A stretch of DNA of 64,000 nucleotides from Amphiscolops sp. MND2022 (lineage: Eukaryota), in the NCBI GenBank assembly GCA_964187785.1, contig OZ076420.1:36208001-36272000 (forward strand), read 5' to 3'. Every line of letters begins with the position of its first letter. Position 1 is the first letter of the stretch. The notes beneath the pieces were generated by a model, which saw only the letters and a list, made by a program, of their open reading frames with translations, made no database searches and was not told the DNA's origin. Both the position numbers and the translations under genes were made by a program. Below, in pieces: positions 47,998 through 62,508 of this stretch.

Positions 47998-49003
47998 CAG
48001 GGCTGGCAATATTTCACGGAAAATTTTCGAAAATTACACCTGCTATTTCACGGATTTTTTACAACAAATACACGCTCAGTTTCACGGATTTTAGTTGATT
48101 ACACGGCTATTTCACGGAGAAATAGAACAAAAGTGGTAATGATAATTTACAATTTTCCGGCGTGAAAGTATAAAAACAACGTTTGTTCAAAATGTTCTCC
48201 AAAAGATCGTTGTCGTCTGACAGAACATTGTTGAAGTGCGAAATCACTATATTTCACATATTATTCCAGGGCTTTTTGCAAGACACCTTTTACGTTGTGT
48301 AAAAGACAAAATCGTTCTGTGGTTGAACAAGGAATTTCGTTATTATCCAGAATTTCACCAACAAATTCTTCTGCCATGTAAGAATGAGAATGCAATTCAA
48401 TGCCAATGTTTTCTTTACAACTTGTAATCAAAAACGCGGAGCCTCACTCACTTTCAAATAAATGCACAGCAAGAATATGTTTTTCAGCATATTGAGCTGT
48501 AAAACTTCGTTTGAAATTTCATTGTCTTGTAATCTTTCTGCAAAGAATCAAGGAGCTATGAGGCTACCTCCTTATCTTCCAAGTTCAAGAAACTTTTCTC
48601 CACTGACAAGTTTTCAGCAGGATAACCTTGTGTAGTGTGTGTAGTAAAAAGCGAGGTCCAGCGAGTTAGAACAGGAGTTGGAGGCATTTTCGGCTGGATC
48701 GCCGTCTCTTCAAAAAAGCAATGTATCTTTGTTTTCTAGCTCCTGAGTTTTTGAAATAGTCAGGAAAATCTTTATACCAAGCATTTGATGCTTCAAAAGG
48801 CGCCAAAAGAGCCTAAATTATAAGATTCATGATATGCGCCAAACAAGGCGAATGACAGCTGTTGGGTAGCAAAGGTTTCAGGATCTCGTTATAACACTAG
48901 ATTGCTGACGGGCAACTCTAGAAGTCGATACAGTATTTACTTCACTTAGTTCGTTTTCCATTTTCTTTCTGAAAGCAATAAAAGAACAAAGGAATGTGCG
49001 TGT
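47998..49003 (-). mobile_element. hAT remnant (right end plus partial transposase), cut by the Gypsy insertion
   Basis: CAGGGCTGGCAA terminus and tandem ATTTCACGGA subterminal repeats. The minus strand reads HSPCLAHIMNL (CxxH) and PTPVLTRWTS. Confidence 0.7.
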
Positions 49004-49777
49004 TGTCGCAACCTCATGGTTGCTCTGGACCTGTTGTGCAAGAGTGAAAACGAGAACAACTGATGCAGCCCACGGAGACAAACTTGCCCTAATGAAACTT
49101 TGCAAACTGTCTGAACCCCCTTTTTTTGTCTCATTATTTGTTCTAGCTGTGAGTATATGTCATGTAAATATTTGGCTTTGTATTTTTCTCTTCTTAATGT
49201 GTAGAGGTGACCGTAAATTAAGATTCATTTATCTTAAGTGTTTTCTTGATTCTTTACCTTTGATTATAACCTAATTTGACGACTCATTTCGAAGAGTTTG
49301 AAATGTCTTCATGAACGTAAATTGAAACTAACTTGATACGTGACTTTTCTGAACATCATATATGCGTCACTGTGCGGAACTGTGAAAACGAATATACTTC
49401 ATTGTGCTGTTTTTAAATATTCATTATGCGTTACCGTACGGAAATTTCCAGACGCATATACTGCATTATGCTGAATTTTGCTACCGCTTATGAGGCATCA
49501 TGCGGAAATCAGCAATTCACTTCATACAGTGATACAGTGCTGTTTATACGTCACTATGCGGAAAATCGCCGACGCACATGCGTCAACTTGCGTTTTCCTA
49601 CATTATTCGTTATACGGTGCTATATCATTGTTGCAGAGTAGAGATGCATCGATATGCGGAAAAACAAAAACGCATATGCGTTATTACGCGGATTTCCAGG
49701 GTTTTTGCTGTAGTTGTAGAATACTTGTTTTGCTTGTCATGTAATGTATATTTGGAGCTATAAATAGAATTACGACA
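49004..49777 (+). repeat. LTR (774 bp)
   Basis: TGTCG...CGACA termini. Homologous to 62465-63237. Rich in TATGCGGA motifs. Confidence 0.85.
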
Positions 49778-50047
49778 CGTGGCAATTTTTAATTAATTTG
49801 GAGACCATGACACCCATAAAAATGAGTGTAATCTCCACAAATTTCCTCGATGCTTGAAAGTTTAGAACCCAATCATTCCTTGATATAACTACCTTCAGAG
49901 GCAGTCGCATGAGGTCATACACCCAATCTTTGTAAAAACAGTTTTGCAATCAACTTTTGATCTAACCTTTCAACTTGTCTTCTCAAAGACCTTTGAATAA
50001 ATTCAAATTATTCCCCAGCAAACTCAACACCTTTTTCACTTGAGAAC

Positions 50048-51730
50048 GATGGGAAATGAGAGAAAGAGAAGGTCTAGAAGACATGAAACACCGTCACCTG
50101 ACAGACACTAGAGTGAAGCCCAAGTAGAAACACCAATGCAAGGTAATGTGACTTTAACTAAAAATAGTGCTGTTATTCAGGAACCTTTAGGTGGAGACGA
50201 AAATAGACCTCTCCTGAAAGAACCTAGTCAAATCAGTAATGAGATCCAAGTTTGGACAGAAAACTTTGAACAAAAGAAATATGACAGAAGAATGAAAATT
50301 AGAGGAGAGATGGAAAACAAGTTTGATGCAATTTTGAAGAAGATAAGAACAAATAAAACAACCTCAACAATAACAAATCCCAGGTCTGAAATTAACAGAA
50401 CCCAAAACTCTCAAACTTTGGGATGCAAAAGTAATAGGTTTAATGGAGTTCACGCATCTAACATAGAAAACTCAGATACAGAAAATGAAGATGATCATCC
50501 CCTAAGGGCCTCAGAAATGCACGAATTTAGGAATCCTGCTAGACCAGTTTATCAGAACGTACCTAACTTAGATGCAAGATTAGTTTCAAGTGAGGACTCT
50601 GAGGAGGAGGATTATCACATGGTGACAGGAGCCAACCGACACTTCCATAGACAGAGCTGGCAAAATCCTCAGTCATTAAACGATACAACTGGATCCCACG
50701 CAGACCAAACAACGTCAACATTGACAAACAAACCCCTCGACCCAGTCAACCAAATTGCACTTGCAATAGAAAAACTGGCAAATAAATACCCTCAACAATC
50801 ACTTTTTCACCCAAAAACACACAAACATTCAACGGAAAAAAAATGAGAAAAATGAGAATTTTGAATACTTCGAAGACTCGTTCCATACAACCCTCGAATG
50901 CAGCGGAATCTAACTGAGGAAATGAAAATTAACAACTTTCACGCTAACCTCAGGGGTTTGGCTCTAAAGACATTCAAAAACATACAAAGAACGCCAACCA
51001 CAACACGGGAAGGTATTCTAAAAAGTCTCTCGCAGAAAATACGTAAAACCGGCATCCAATGCCTCAACAAAGCACAGATTGAATAGACTTTTCTTTGACC
51101 CCAGAAACCAAAAGCTACCGGACTTTCTAGAGGAACTTCAAGAAAGTGCAGAAAAAGCATTTGGCGATAACGCACACCAAATGATAGAGAACTTACTCTA
51201 GGCAAGGATTAAAAAATCCATCAATCAAGCCTATCTCGAGAATGGAACATACGACCAGATCGTAAAACACCTCGAGCGGGAGATGGAACTAAACGGTTTG
51301 GAGGCAGACGAACCCTCGGTCAAGACACAAATGGCTGTCACTAAAAAAGAACAAAATGCTGAAAAAGCAATTAAAAAACAAAATGAAAAAACCTAAAACT
51401 CAGATTCCAAAAACAGTACCTAACAAGACACTCAAAAATGACCAGTGCCGTTAATGCAAAGAGACGGGTCATATGAAGACTGATTGCCCCAAACTAGCAA
51501 AACGCCGTAAACTCGAAGAAGATCCGAATGCAGAAAAATGCAAAAACCGCAACACACCAGGTCATGAAGAAGAAAACTGCTATTTCGGCGCCAACATGGA
51601 AAACCGCCCACCTAAGTGGAACCTCACAGACGCCCAAAAGAAAGTTATCGAAGCTTACAAACAAGCCCGAAAAGCCATGAAACCAAAAATGGAACGACCT
51701 CAACAATCCACTTCCCAGGATTTAAACTAG
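50048..51730 (+). pseudogene. gag: gag, family 2 (disrupted)
   Basis: ATG 50048. Knuckle remnants C..C...GH...DC and C..RNTPGHEEENC. Ends GAT TTA AAC TAG (slippery site at 51721-27). Confidence 0.8.
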
Positions 51731-54700
51731 AAATGCCACGCCTCAACAACCAAAACGCCCAAATAACAACTACAAAACCACAAGACGACTGGCTGCGTCA
51801 AGTGGAAACAATAAATATACAACTTAAACAACTGACTACAGAACCAGACTACACACCCCAGACACATAATCACTCGGACAACGATGAACCTCCACAGGAA
51901 TCACACTACGAACACATGAGAGATGCTCCTGATAAGTATTTTTCAGACAACATTCAAATTTCTCCTGTACCCACAGACAAATCACCAGAAATTCATCGCC
52001 CGATCACTTTTACTTGCAATGAACAAAAACAACCTTTCTTGGATGAAAACATCTCAAACCACATCCAGTTTGATCAGGAACTCTGCTGGTCATACCTACC
52101 TATGTCAACCTCGCTAACATTGAAACGAAAACGCCATATGTACTATATGCCAATGGACTTCGAAAAGCTCACACTTGATGGACTCATTGACACAGGAGCG
52201 CTGACTAGCTATTTCCGAACAAGACCTTAACAAAATCAAATAAATTGTTAATGAAGCAATAAAAGATACTGGCGCACCGCCAAATTTCCAAATTATGGTG
52301 GCAAACGGTCAATTAGAAGTACCAATAGGCACAGTACTACTCGAATTCGAAGTGGCTGATTTCATATTGCGAGAAAATTTAATCATCATGAAAAACCTAC
52401 CAACTCATTGGACTCTGCTTCCTTCGCAGAAACAATGCAGACTTTGATGTTACCCAACGGCATCTTAACCTTTCCATACCTTTCAATGTAATTAAAACCA
52501 GACACACAAGTAACATTACGTCAAGCAACGCCATTGTTTGCTGAGAATACTTACACCTTACAACCAGGGGAAATTCTCGCCATAGCAAACAGAATGCCCC
52601 ACCTGTTAGATCACGATGCACCAGGAATAGTCACACCTTCACCGCAATTCGAAAAACACGACAGCATTTTCATCACATCGTCACTAAGCACGGTCAACAA
52701 TAGTGCTATAGGGTACCAAAAAATCAACTTCTCAGAACATCCATATACAAAAATCTGTGATACCCATTTAGCAGCCATTTAGCAGCACACTATAGGTAAG
52801 CACACTATCGGATGCAGCACAACAAATGGCATGCAAGAAGCTTTTTTTTGCAAATTAGACTGCTGCCAAGCTTACCACTGCCTTCAAATGGCCGACTATC
52901 AATCCATTCAGATGCTTGATTTCAACTTCGCAAGCTGAACTTTCGCCCATCAACGACTCGCCCAAAGACTTAGCAGATCTTTCTCAGCCTTCTCAAGCTT
53001 CATGAAAGAGTACCTTGACAGAGCAATCAAAGCCGACCAATGTGCACAGTATGTCGATGATATCGGCATAGCAGCAAACGATACAAAACAGTTATGCGCA
53101 AACATCAAAACAGTTTTCGAATGCATCCGGAATCAGGTCTAAAACTCCCAATGTCAAAATGTCACTTCGGAGTCAAACAAGTTGACTTCCTAGAACGTAG
53201 AATTACACCAAAAGGCGTTGCACCGCACGCCGACAAAGTCAATTTTTTTTTGTCGAACCTGAGAGTCCCCAAATCCAAAAAGCACTACGAAGATATATAT
53301 GATTCCTAAACTATTACCACAATTACATCCCGAGACTCTCTGAACGTCTATCTTCGTTCTTCAAACTTCTCAAAGAAGCCTCCAAATTCTACATACCCAC
53401 GAATTTGAAAGATTTCACAAATTTGAACAAACTTCTTGAAAACTGATGCCAATTAGCTCTGAAGCAACCCCTCAATAACAAACAACTCATAGTCATGTCT
53501 GATGCAAGTTTTACAGCAACAGGATATGCTACTATGATAGAAGACGATCATAACCAAAAACTCCACTCCAACGTAAAACATATGCACCAATAGCATTTGG
53601 CTCTAAAACGTTTAATCCAACGCAAACAAAATTGTCAATATATGCAAAAAAAAATTTTCCATTTACTTAGCTTTCGTTGAGTTTGGACACCTTATGTGGG
53701 GCAGCATTTTCCCAGTCATAGTGTCCACAGACAACAGGTCGGTTACCCGCTTCTCTCAAGCAAAACTCTTTCCTCCATCACTTTGGAACGCATGTTATTA
53801 CGTCTTGCAGTACAATTTTGTCATTGCCCACGTTGCTGGTTCAATGAATACCACAGCGGACTTCTTGTCCAGAACAGAAGTTAACCCAGTCGAGAAACTC
53901 GAAATGAGCATACGTAACGACATTCAAACGAGAGCAATAGAAGTCAACATACAATCATTGGGTATAGTAGCAGACGAACAGAGCTACATCCTTCTCGATG
54001 ATGAATTTGATGACAACAAGCTTTGGGAAGAAAAACAAAACGTGAGAAATCAGGCCCAAAGTGAAACTCACGATGACCCAGAAAACAACGTTACTGAACT
54101 CCAACATTTTCTCAAGCCAACATCAGGCTTGAACACTTGTTCTGAAGGACATTTCTGATCTCCAAGATAATGCAAGAATTAGACTTGTACAAAACGATGG
54201 CATTGTCCTCTGAAACTTGCGATCCAAAATAGAAAGAAATCCCTTCGACGAAAACGAATGGCATCTGATTACAGATACTATCATTATCTACAAAACATTA
54301 CAAGAATCGAAATAAAGCAAGAGGTCCTGACACGCAAATATTACACAGACACAGGAACCACTTCTCATTATTAGATTTTGCTACCGACGCAACTCCTAGA
54401 GGATTTACTCCAAGCCTTACATGGTCACAATTCGAACCATCCAGGCATCACAAAGATGATACAGGAAGTAAGGCAGAAATTCTACTACCCGTGTATTGCA
54501 AAATACATAAAAAAATGTGTTATCAACTGCTAAACCTGCAAAAAACCAAAAGAATCAATAATGACCTCCTCAGGACCGAATTACTTAAGTGCCCCAAATG
54601 GGAACTCGGCCCAGAAGACATTCTTCAAATGGATATCCTACCAAACCTCCCACCAAGCGGTGGATACAACCACATAATAACTGCAATCGATGTTTTCTCA

Positions 54701-55910
54701 CGATACCTGTTTGAGTACCCAGTGACCTGCATCACCGCAACATCAGTGGCTCGAGTCATTATGGACATTTTATGCAAACATACATACCTTCCAACAACAA
54801 GCATCACAGATCTTGGCACACAATTCAATGCCCAAGTAATTCACGAAGTTACAGCAGTCCTAGGTGTTGAGCTTAAACATGCAACAATGGAACATGCTCA
54901 AACAAAAGTAGTCCTGGAAAGAACCCATGCTTCAGTAAAACGCCGGAATTTCGACATAATTGGCATAATTTTTCCCCACTAGCAGTACTAAACCACAACA
55001 CAACCTATCTCTTGGTTGCGAGCCCTCAGGAGTGTTTCACGGGCGCATACCTTACCTCATACTAGATTACAAGTTGGGATACAATCCTACTCCCAAATAT
55101 CAACCTCAAACGGATGTTGCAGAAGAGATACAAAGAAGAATGAGAATACTATTAGATCAGACCAGAAAGAACATAATGCAATCCTATCTTAAATACAAAG
55201 CCTAATACGATAGGAAAGCAAAAGCATCACTGCTAGAAACAACAGACTACTGTTACATCTTAAACCCGAAGGCTGACACACCAGCAACGAAAATCCCATT
55301 TCGGGAGTTCAGATGGCAGGGTCCTTACAAAGTCGAGAAAGTCCTTCCTAATAATAACTATATAGTTAGGAGACTAGGAACAAACAAAACACAACTCCTA
55401 CACAGAATTCGGTTGCAAAATTCAAACCGCAAGCACCTTTAGCCGATATTTTTGTCCGAGAATCTGATTGGCAATTGATGATCAAATGCCAGTGGCAGTT
55501 GTTGATTTAAATGCGCAAGCATGGAACACAAACTTTGGACCTAACCCATTCGAGGATTGTCCTCCAGATTATACACAAAACAATGATGACGTGGAATATG
55601 TACCTATTGAAGTACCTGGAAATAACCCCCTTCCCTCCTTCAACTTTCCAGAAGAAAACGGGGGAGCCCAGTGGAACAGTCCACTGAATGCGAAGAAGAA
55701 AATCATGAGGAAATCCCAGTAGAAATTTGTGATGATGAAACAGAAGTTTCCCAGAAAACCCCAAACGAAAATACACCAAAAATACAAACTCAAAAAATCC
55801 CAGAAATCTCTGAAAACACCCCACTGCAAGTAGAACCCATAAATACTCGTGGTGAAAAATACAACTTACGATCTAACCCCTACCCAAACTACTCTGAACC
55901 TTACAGATAA
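51731..55910 (+). pseudogene. pol: pol, family 2 (heavily disrupted, internal RT deletion)
   Basis: LIDTGA, QYVDDIG, MSDASF, TADFLSR, MDILPNLPPSGGYNHIITAIDVFSRY, GPYKV, EKYNLRSNP. Confidence 0.88.
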
Positions 55911-56104
55911 TAATAAAAACACACAGACTGAAAACAATCTCTTTTGCCTTTTCCAGACTATCCTTTTTTTCCGAAGAAACTGTCTTCATTATGTGCTTTT
56001 CGCCATTATAGACAATAATACTGATGGATAGAATAAATACGATTACACAGAATAAGCAACAACTATTTACAAAAGAAATCAACTCAAACTTTGAACAAAG
56101 TTAA

Positions 56105-59100
56105 TCAATTTGTCTTGCTCTTGTTAGCCTTGTATTTGGGTCCTTGACCACCAGAACCTCCTGCTTCACAACGAGACAAAGAAATTGTCGCCTTAGCCAA
56201 AGAAAAACGTGGTGATGACGTGCTGTTACTCGTGCAGGATTCACTTCCATAAATAATGTCCCCATCATCAGGGAGACATAAATTTACTGGTGCAACAGAA
56301 GCCTTTTTATAAGAAGCCTCAAAGGAAGCCTGCAATGCTGTCTTTCTGGGGTTACTCCCTTTCAGAAAGTTCCAAATCGTAAACTTACGGTCTAGAAGCA
56401 AGTCTTTTCCTCTGCCTAACAACCAGAAGACACGAGAGATTGAGCGTGAATCACGATATAAACTTGACACATTTGCGATCGTAGTGAATGACATCTGAAC
56501 ACTCCCAATGCAGGAACGGAAAATATCTTCATCACTGCCAAGTTCAGGAATAGGAATAACGAAAGGTACTGGAACTTGAACTTGGGGAGGCAAACATAAA
56601 CCAGCGTATTTAAACAGTTGGTATAGCTCTGGCCGACTCTGCAGTTCATAATGTGAATCCATAAACTGGAACCAATCTTCAGGTAAAGTAACTCCACAAG
56701 CCCTGAGTTTCGTAACGAACGACCGATACTGACTAACAGCTTTCATCTTCTCTTTTGATGACATCCACCCAATACCCTTAAAGTGACTAGTGAGGCTTTC
56801 CACTGCGGTTATATACTGATCTTCAGTACCATGTAAGATCACTGCTGAATCGAAACAAGCTAAGCCGCGGATCAAATTAGATTTGACGATTTCACGTGAC
56901 AGTAAAAGTCCGCAGAACGACTTGCAAAAAGAGATAGTTTGCTCAATGACTTTGCTGGGCCTCGGTAGTTTACTAGTGGTGAAAAGTCTATGGTAGTCCT
57001 CATTCAAGATGAATTCACCAGCAGGTTTAAAAGGTAGATCAGTACGGCTCAATTCAATGGTTAAATATCTTTCCCAGTCGGAAATGTTGCCTGGACACTA
57101 TCGGGCAAAATGTTTCGAAGCTGGCTATAGGCGAAGACTGCAAACTGGTTGTACAATCTAAACCCAGCTCCAAACTGACTGCGTACTTCTGAGAACGCGG
57201 AGTTGTCTAAAACATGAAAGATAGTGAACGAATAATCTTTCCAAGAAGTGTATAATCCAATTAGAAAGCAATCATACGCTGCTATGCGGGTTTGAATTGA
57301 CGCATATACGTCACTATGCAGATTTCAACCGGTGACTATACGTCACTATGCGGATTTGGATTGACGCATAAACGTCACTATGCAGGTTTCAACTGGTGAT
57401 TATACGTCACTATGCGGATTTGGATTATCGCATATACGTCACTCTACGGATTTCAACCGGTGACCATGCGTCACTATGCGTTTTCTTGCTGACGCTTATA
57501 CGTCATTATCCGGAATTTGGATCTTAGAGATACAGCATCATACAAAATAAAAGAAATTCATAGATCAATTACGTTATCTTAGTTGGAGAAACAAACGCAC
57601 GTGTAAAAATGCAAGAATCTGGAAAATTATCATGATAACGCGTTAAATGATTATATACTGATTTGATAAAGTGGAGATTAGATGAAGTTTTCCTAATTAT
57701 GATAGCCAATAAAGGTTGTCAAATTCATACTAACAATGATCGAGAACACAGCGAATGATAAAGAGTCTCGCCAAATAGGCAGTATCGAGCCGATAGCACT
57801 CGTCAAGGGTATTGGGCTGTAACAGAAAATTGACTATTACAAATGGCAATTTTACAAATTCCAGAATTAGAGAATTAGAGAATGATACGAACCTTTCGCA
57901 TATGGAATCTGTAAGATGGAAGTCTGGATACACGGCCAAATTGGTCAACAACTTTATCCCAATGAGTCGATAAGGTCTCAATCAAAACTGAGGCTTCTCG
58001 GGGTATAAGAGAAATCCATCACGCACTACAAAACACATGATTTCATAGATTCAGAAAAAAATTAACGTTAAAATCAAGCAGATAATCCTGTAACTTATGA
58101 AGCGTTGGCAATCTTTGGAGCCAGTTCCTGTTCAGGGCTGTACGTAACTTCATAAGAGGAAAGTCTAAAATTGTTCGATAGTCGTGCCTCTCAAGGATGC
58201 GGGATGTAGGCAATGACAAACAACGCTCTAACTCATTGGTCCCAAAACCATTGACGGAAGTAGGGCGCAGGTTACCAGGTAAAGATGTCTTGAAACAAGT
58301 GGTAAGTCTGTCAGGGCAATCCACGAGACATACACATGATGGATGGTTTTCAAACAAGCTCGGAATTGAAGATACAAATCCCATCGTTTTCTTTGGAAAG
58401 AGTGTCCCACTAGGACCAGTTCCAAGGCATACTTGGTAAAACACATGACCAGCCCGAAATTTGCAAACACGTGGGTCTAAAATTGATTGCCTTGGAAAGA
58501 TGGAGAATATATGTCAACAGCAGATACGGAAGTTACACTGTGTTGCATAAGTTCACGGAACATGAAGACAATTATAGCCTGGAAATGAAATTGTTATTAG
58601 CATATTCACAAATCATAATGTTTACAAAGGAAGCACAAGTATACTTACAAATGGACGTTCGCGACTCCAGCTGAAAGTCGATTCTTGGTTACTCCCGGGG
58701 AACAATCGGACCATTTCGTTCCACATGCCGATGAGCGAGTCAATGTTTCCTCCATGTCGAAGACCGTGCTCCAAAATGCTAATTTGTGAAGTTACATCCT
58801 CGCTAGGACTCGAAGTAGTGGATGAATCTGGGAGCTTGTCCTGACCAACTAACAATCGGCAACCGTCAAGCTGCGGCGCAATTGGAAATGTATCTTTCGC
58901 TACCTTTTGGCCTCTTGGAGTGCAATTCCAGCGAGAACTTTTTCATGACGATCATACAGGGGCATTCTTGGTATCTCTGATCTGATCCGGTGTTTCTTAA
59001 TCAAATGGGAATCGGTCCTAAAGTGGGAGAGCAATTCTAAAACACCTCTGCTCATGAGTGATAGTTCCACCCTACATACTCGACCCCACCATTTGTACGG

Positions 59101-60240
59101 CGTTTCATGTCGATCAATGGGTCCTGTTGCGAAACATTTGAGTACACGGTGTTTCCTCATCAAGTGGGTCCTTAGCGAATACGTGGGTCGTTTCCCACAT
59201 GGTGCAGGAACATCTTCACAACTAGAAAATGTCATCGGTTCGTCCAAGTTCTGGTTCTCAGCTCCTTCTGTTTCCCTTCTGACAGATCTTTTAGTAGGGG
59301 ACCCAGGTGGGACTCAGGTCTTCGAAGACTCAGGTCTTCGATCAAATTGAAAGTGAAGCTACTGGTTGTTGCCGGGTCGTGATCATTTAGCAAAGATTGA
59401 GGGATTCTCCCCAGAACGTTTGTTATCGCAAGTACTTCCTTTCTGGTAATAACCATTTGAGATGCTTCTTCTTCCGTCGTAATCGGGGCACCTCTGGAAG
59501 TTATTGGACTACCTATAAGAGTCTCTAACAGTGGAGCTTCAGTTGGAGATTTAGTCTCAGCAGCTTGCGGGTTCCCTACGTTCCCCTCGACATTGCTATC
59601 ACGGCGTAGAAAAGAGGAGAAAGGTAAAGATGTGGTCGCACACGAGTTAAGTGCGTTAGCGGCCGCAGAAATGTCTTGAACAAACGTATCGTTCACCGCC
59701 ATTGACGACAAGTCCGGGAGTAAAGGGTTGACGTCACCCTCTGAAGTTCCAGCAGTGACCCTAGTCTCTTCAAACGTTGTTTATTGAACAGTGAGTACCC
59801 CTGGAGACAGAGATGTCTCGTGCACGTTTGCAACCTCCTGCGTTATTCCGTCAGCATTCGTGAATCCAACTCCCTCGTTTAATTGAGTGGGTTCATGTGG
59901 GTTCTTGTCGGTAACTTGACTGGTCTCACGGGCTTTTTGGATGTAGTAGCAGCAGATCTAGGAGATTCTTTAGCAGTAACAGCAAGGGCTTCAAGAGGAA
60001 TATAAATCTTGGTATGACTTCTAGCCGGTGACTTCTGCGTGGATCCGAGTTCAACTGAAACAAATTTGCCTCAATTCAAAAATGAATGAAGGAAAAACCA
60101 AGTGAGCGCTTTCTGTTTCAAACAACAACCAAAGCCGGACACGGTTAAAGGAAGTTGACAAAACAAACGGAAATATCTCACAATCGAACCGGAAGCAGAA
60201 TTGCTTCAAAAGAAAATTGAAATCCGAGCTCAGTGAAAAA
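56105..60240 (-). pseudogene. Antisense accessory gene with introns; zinc-finger plus hAT-transposase-like region
   Basis: Collinear ORF fragments from about 60240 to the stop at 56105. Zinc-finger-like W.RVCRVELSLMSRGVLELLSHFRTDSH. GT-AG introns at 58579-58648 and 57207-57730. Confidence 0.6.
57285..57520. repeat. Tandem array of ~30-bp units with core TATACGTCACTATGCGGATTT
   Basis: About 7 degenerate units alternating two variants. Lies inside the inferred intron. Confidence 0.85.
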
Positions 60241-61507
60241 TAGATCAATTTCGTTTGTCTAGCCTGGCCATCTAAGCGAATTAAAATTCCCTTTGATCAA
60301 AAACTTTTACAAACCTCAAAACCACAAACTGGAAAAATTAAATGAACTCACCAGTAGAAGTCGCTGTGGGAGATTTACACCCCCAATTGGCATATTCCTT
60401 CCGTGGAGTCTGCTGGTCTCTGGTCTTCCTGCGATTCGGTGGTCCCATGTCAAAATGGAAAACAGCTATCCAAAGTTGGATAAAGGAGTAACACAATTTT
60501 ACGATACAACTCACAATTGATAAGGAGAGTAATGGAGGCAATGGAATTGGAACTGAGAATTTGACTAAATTGACTGTTGTCTAAAATATTAAACGAACTG
60601 ATATATAGACTTAAAGCAAAGTGGAAATTTTAAAGCAGTTTTCAACAGATGCAAAAGGCGTATTAATATAAGGCAAAAAGCAAATGAGCACAAAATTTGC
60701 TTACAAATGCGCAAAATACTCGAACGTGATTGGTCAATTTATTGCCGTTCATTTCTGCCAGAATGGACGATGACGTAATTGATGAGATTAGAAATCAATC
60801 AACAACACAAAGTTGCTAGTGAAAGCTATATGCGGAATTGTACTGATTTGCCAAATTGAGTATGCGTCAGCATACGGAAATATAAAACCGCATATGCGGC
60901 AGTATACGGAAAGCCACCAACACATATGCGGCACTATTCGGAAATGTATGACCGTATATGCAGCATAATACGGAAAGTCGCCACCAACTATGCGGCAGTA
61001 TGGGGAAACAGACAACAACTTACGTGGAAGGATACGTATTCTTATTCCAATACGTAACATATTTTCGTAAACAGACACCTCGCGAGGTGTAGTATGTGCA
61101 AAATACCGCTCAACTCAATATAGTTTTATGCAGTACAACCTGGACAGCTTATACACAATCGGATTAAACTCATCACGATGGCAAATGTGTATTACATGCA
61201 GGAAAAAGGATCTTACCGATTCAAGAAAGGTGGATTACACAAAACTAAAACTAATGTTCCTTTTAATTTTTGGTAGTTACGCACTTTTCAAGTGCGGGAC
61301 CTGCAATGAACACAATGGAAGAACAAAGGCATACATACTTTTACAAATCACAATTAAAACCTTTAGTTCCAAAACTCCATTCATACATTTGAAAATTTAG
61401 TCATGTAGATTTGGATATATAATACTTCTGCTTCATTTTTTTATCATAGAAATTGTGAGTTATGCAATTTTCTGATATTGATCGTAATTTTGTTTGTATT
61501 CTATTAA

Positions 61508-62508
61508 AATGGGGAAACGTAGTCAACGATCATTGATGTTACTGTATTTCCCTCTGAAAGCACACGAAACACATAAACTGATACACTATTCTGGAGAAGA
61601 ATTTGTCGTACAGCCAAATAATTTGTCCGATATAGAAGAAAGACTACTTTTGTTCACTCAGAGCCGGAAGATCCTGCAGCTACCGAAACAATTGACACTG
61701 CTGGGACTCTCATCGAGCGACAGATGATGGACATTATTGAAGAGCACCACTTTAGTAGAGAATCACCGGTAACTCCTTTTGTCGATACCGAACTTGAAGA
61801 TTCACCAATGTACCCTTGGAAAGCGGCCGGGCCAATTGTAGTGCCAGTAAATAGCTACGGAAGGCCAACTGCTGCAATTCTTCCCACACCCAGAAATGAC
61901 AATCAAAGATCGGCAGCTATTAATAGACCTATACCTACATACCCAACTAATTTTGCAGCCAACAATCTCAATTTCCAAGATCAGCAACCTGTTGATCACG
62001 GGCATCAACCATTATGCAGATTTTCAAACGACGTTCATACAAGCAGGATAAATCTGATTAGTGCTTTCACTGCCAATCCGAATAACTTGCCTATGTACAC
62101 CAATGCACCACTAAGGATCCAAATACCGCCCCATGAAGGTAGCTTTCATATTCCTCAGTTTATTAGCGGACACAACTCAGTGCCGACCCCTCACTTCCCG
62201 TTCCAAGTAGGGCACAGTACGAACCTGCTGATTTTGCCTCTTCAAGAGAGACAGATGTACAGACTCCTGCCTACAGTCATGCCCAATGTCGCTGGTTTCT
62301 GCGATTGGTGCGGAAAACGCTCGACCTGATTGCATTGGAGACCCTAGGGGAGTACCTCGTTGCCACTGCCTACGACGGGGAGACGGCCAGAGACAGGGGT
62401 GTCAGGTCACGGGCCTTCATAGACGGGTTTGAGGCTGCACTGTTCTCTTTTAAAGATGCGGGACTGTCGCAGCCTCATGGTTGCTCTGGATCTTTTGTGC
62501 AAGAGTAA
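61508..62508 (+). pseudogene. Sense accessory ORF, Pro/Asn-rich with CxxC, unknown function
   Basis: Three ORF pieces join with two single-base shifts (MGKRSQ..., ..FCDWCGKTLDLIALE..). The stop lies inside the LTR. Confidence 0.55.

Noticed and set aside
57285-57520. CRISPR-like array
   Set aside because: No unique spacers; these are contiguous degenerate tandem units in a eukaryotic context.
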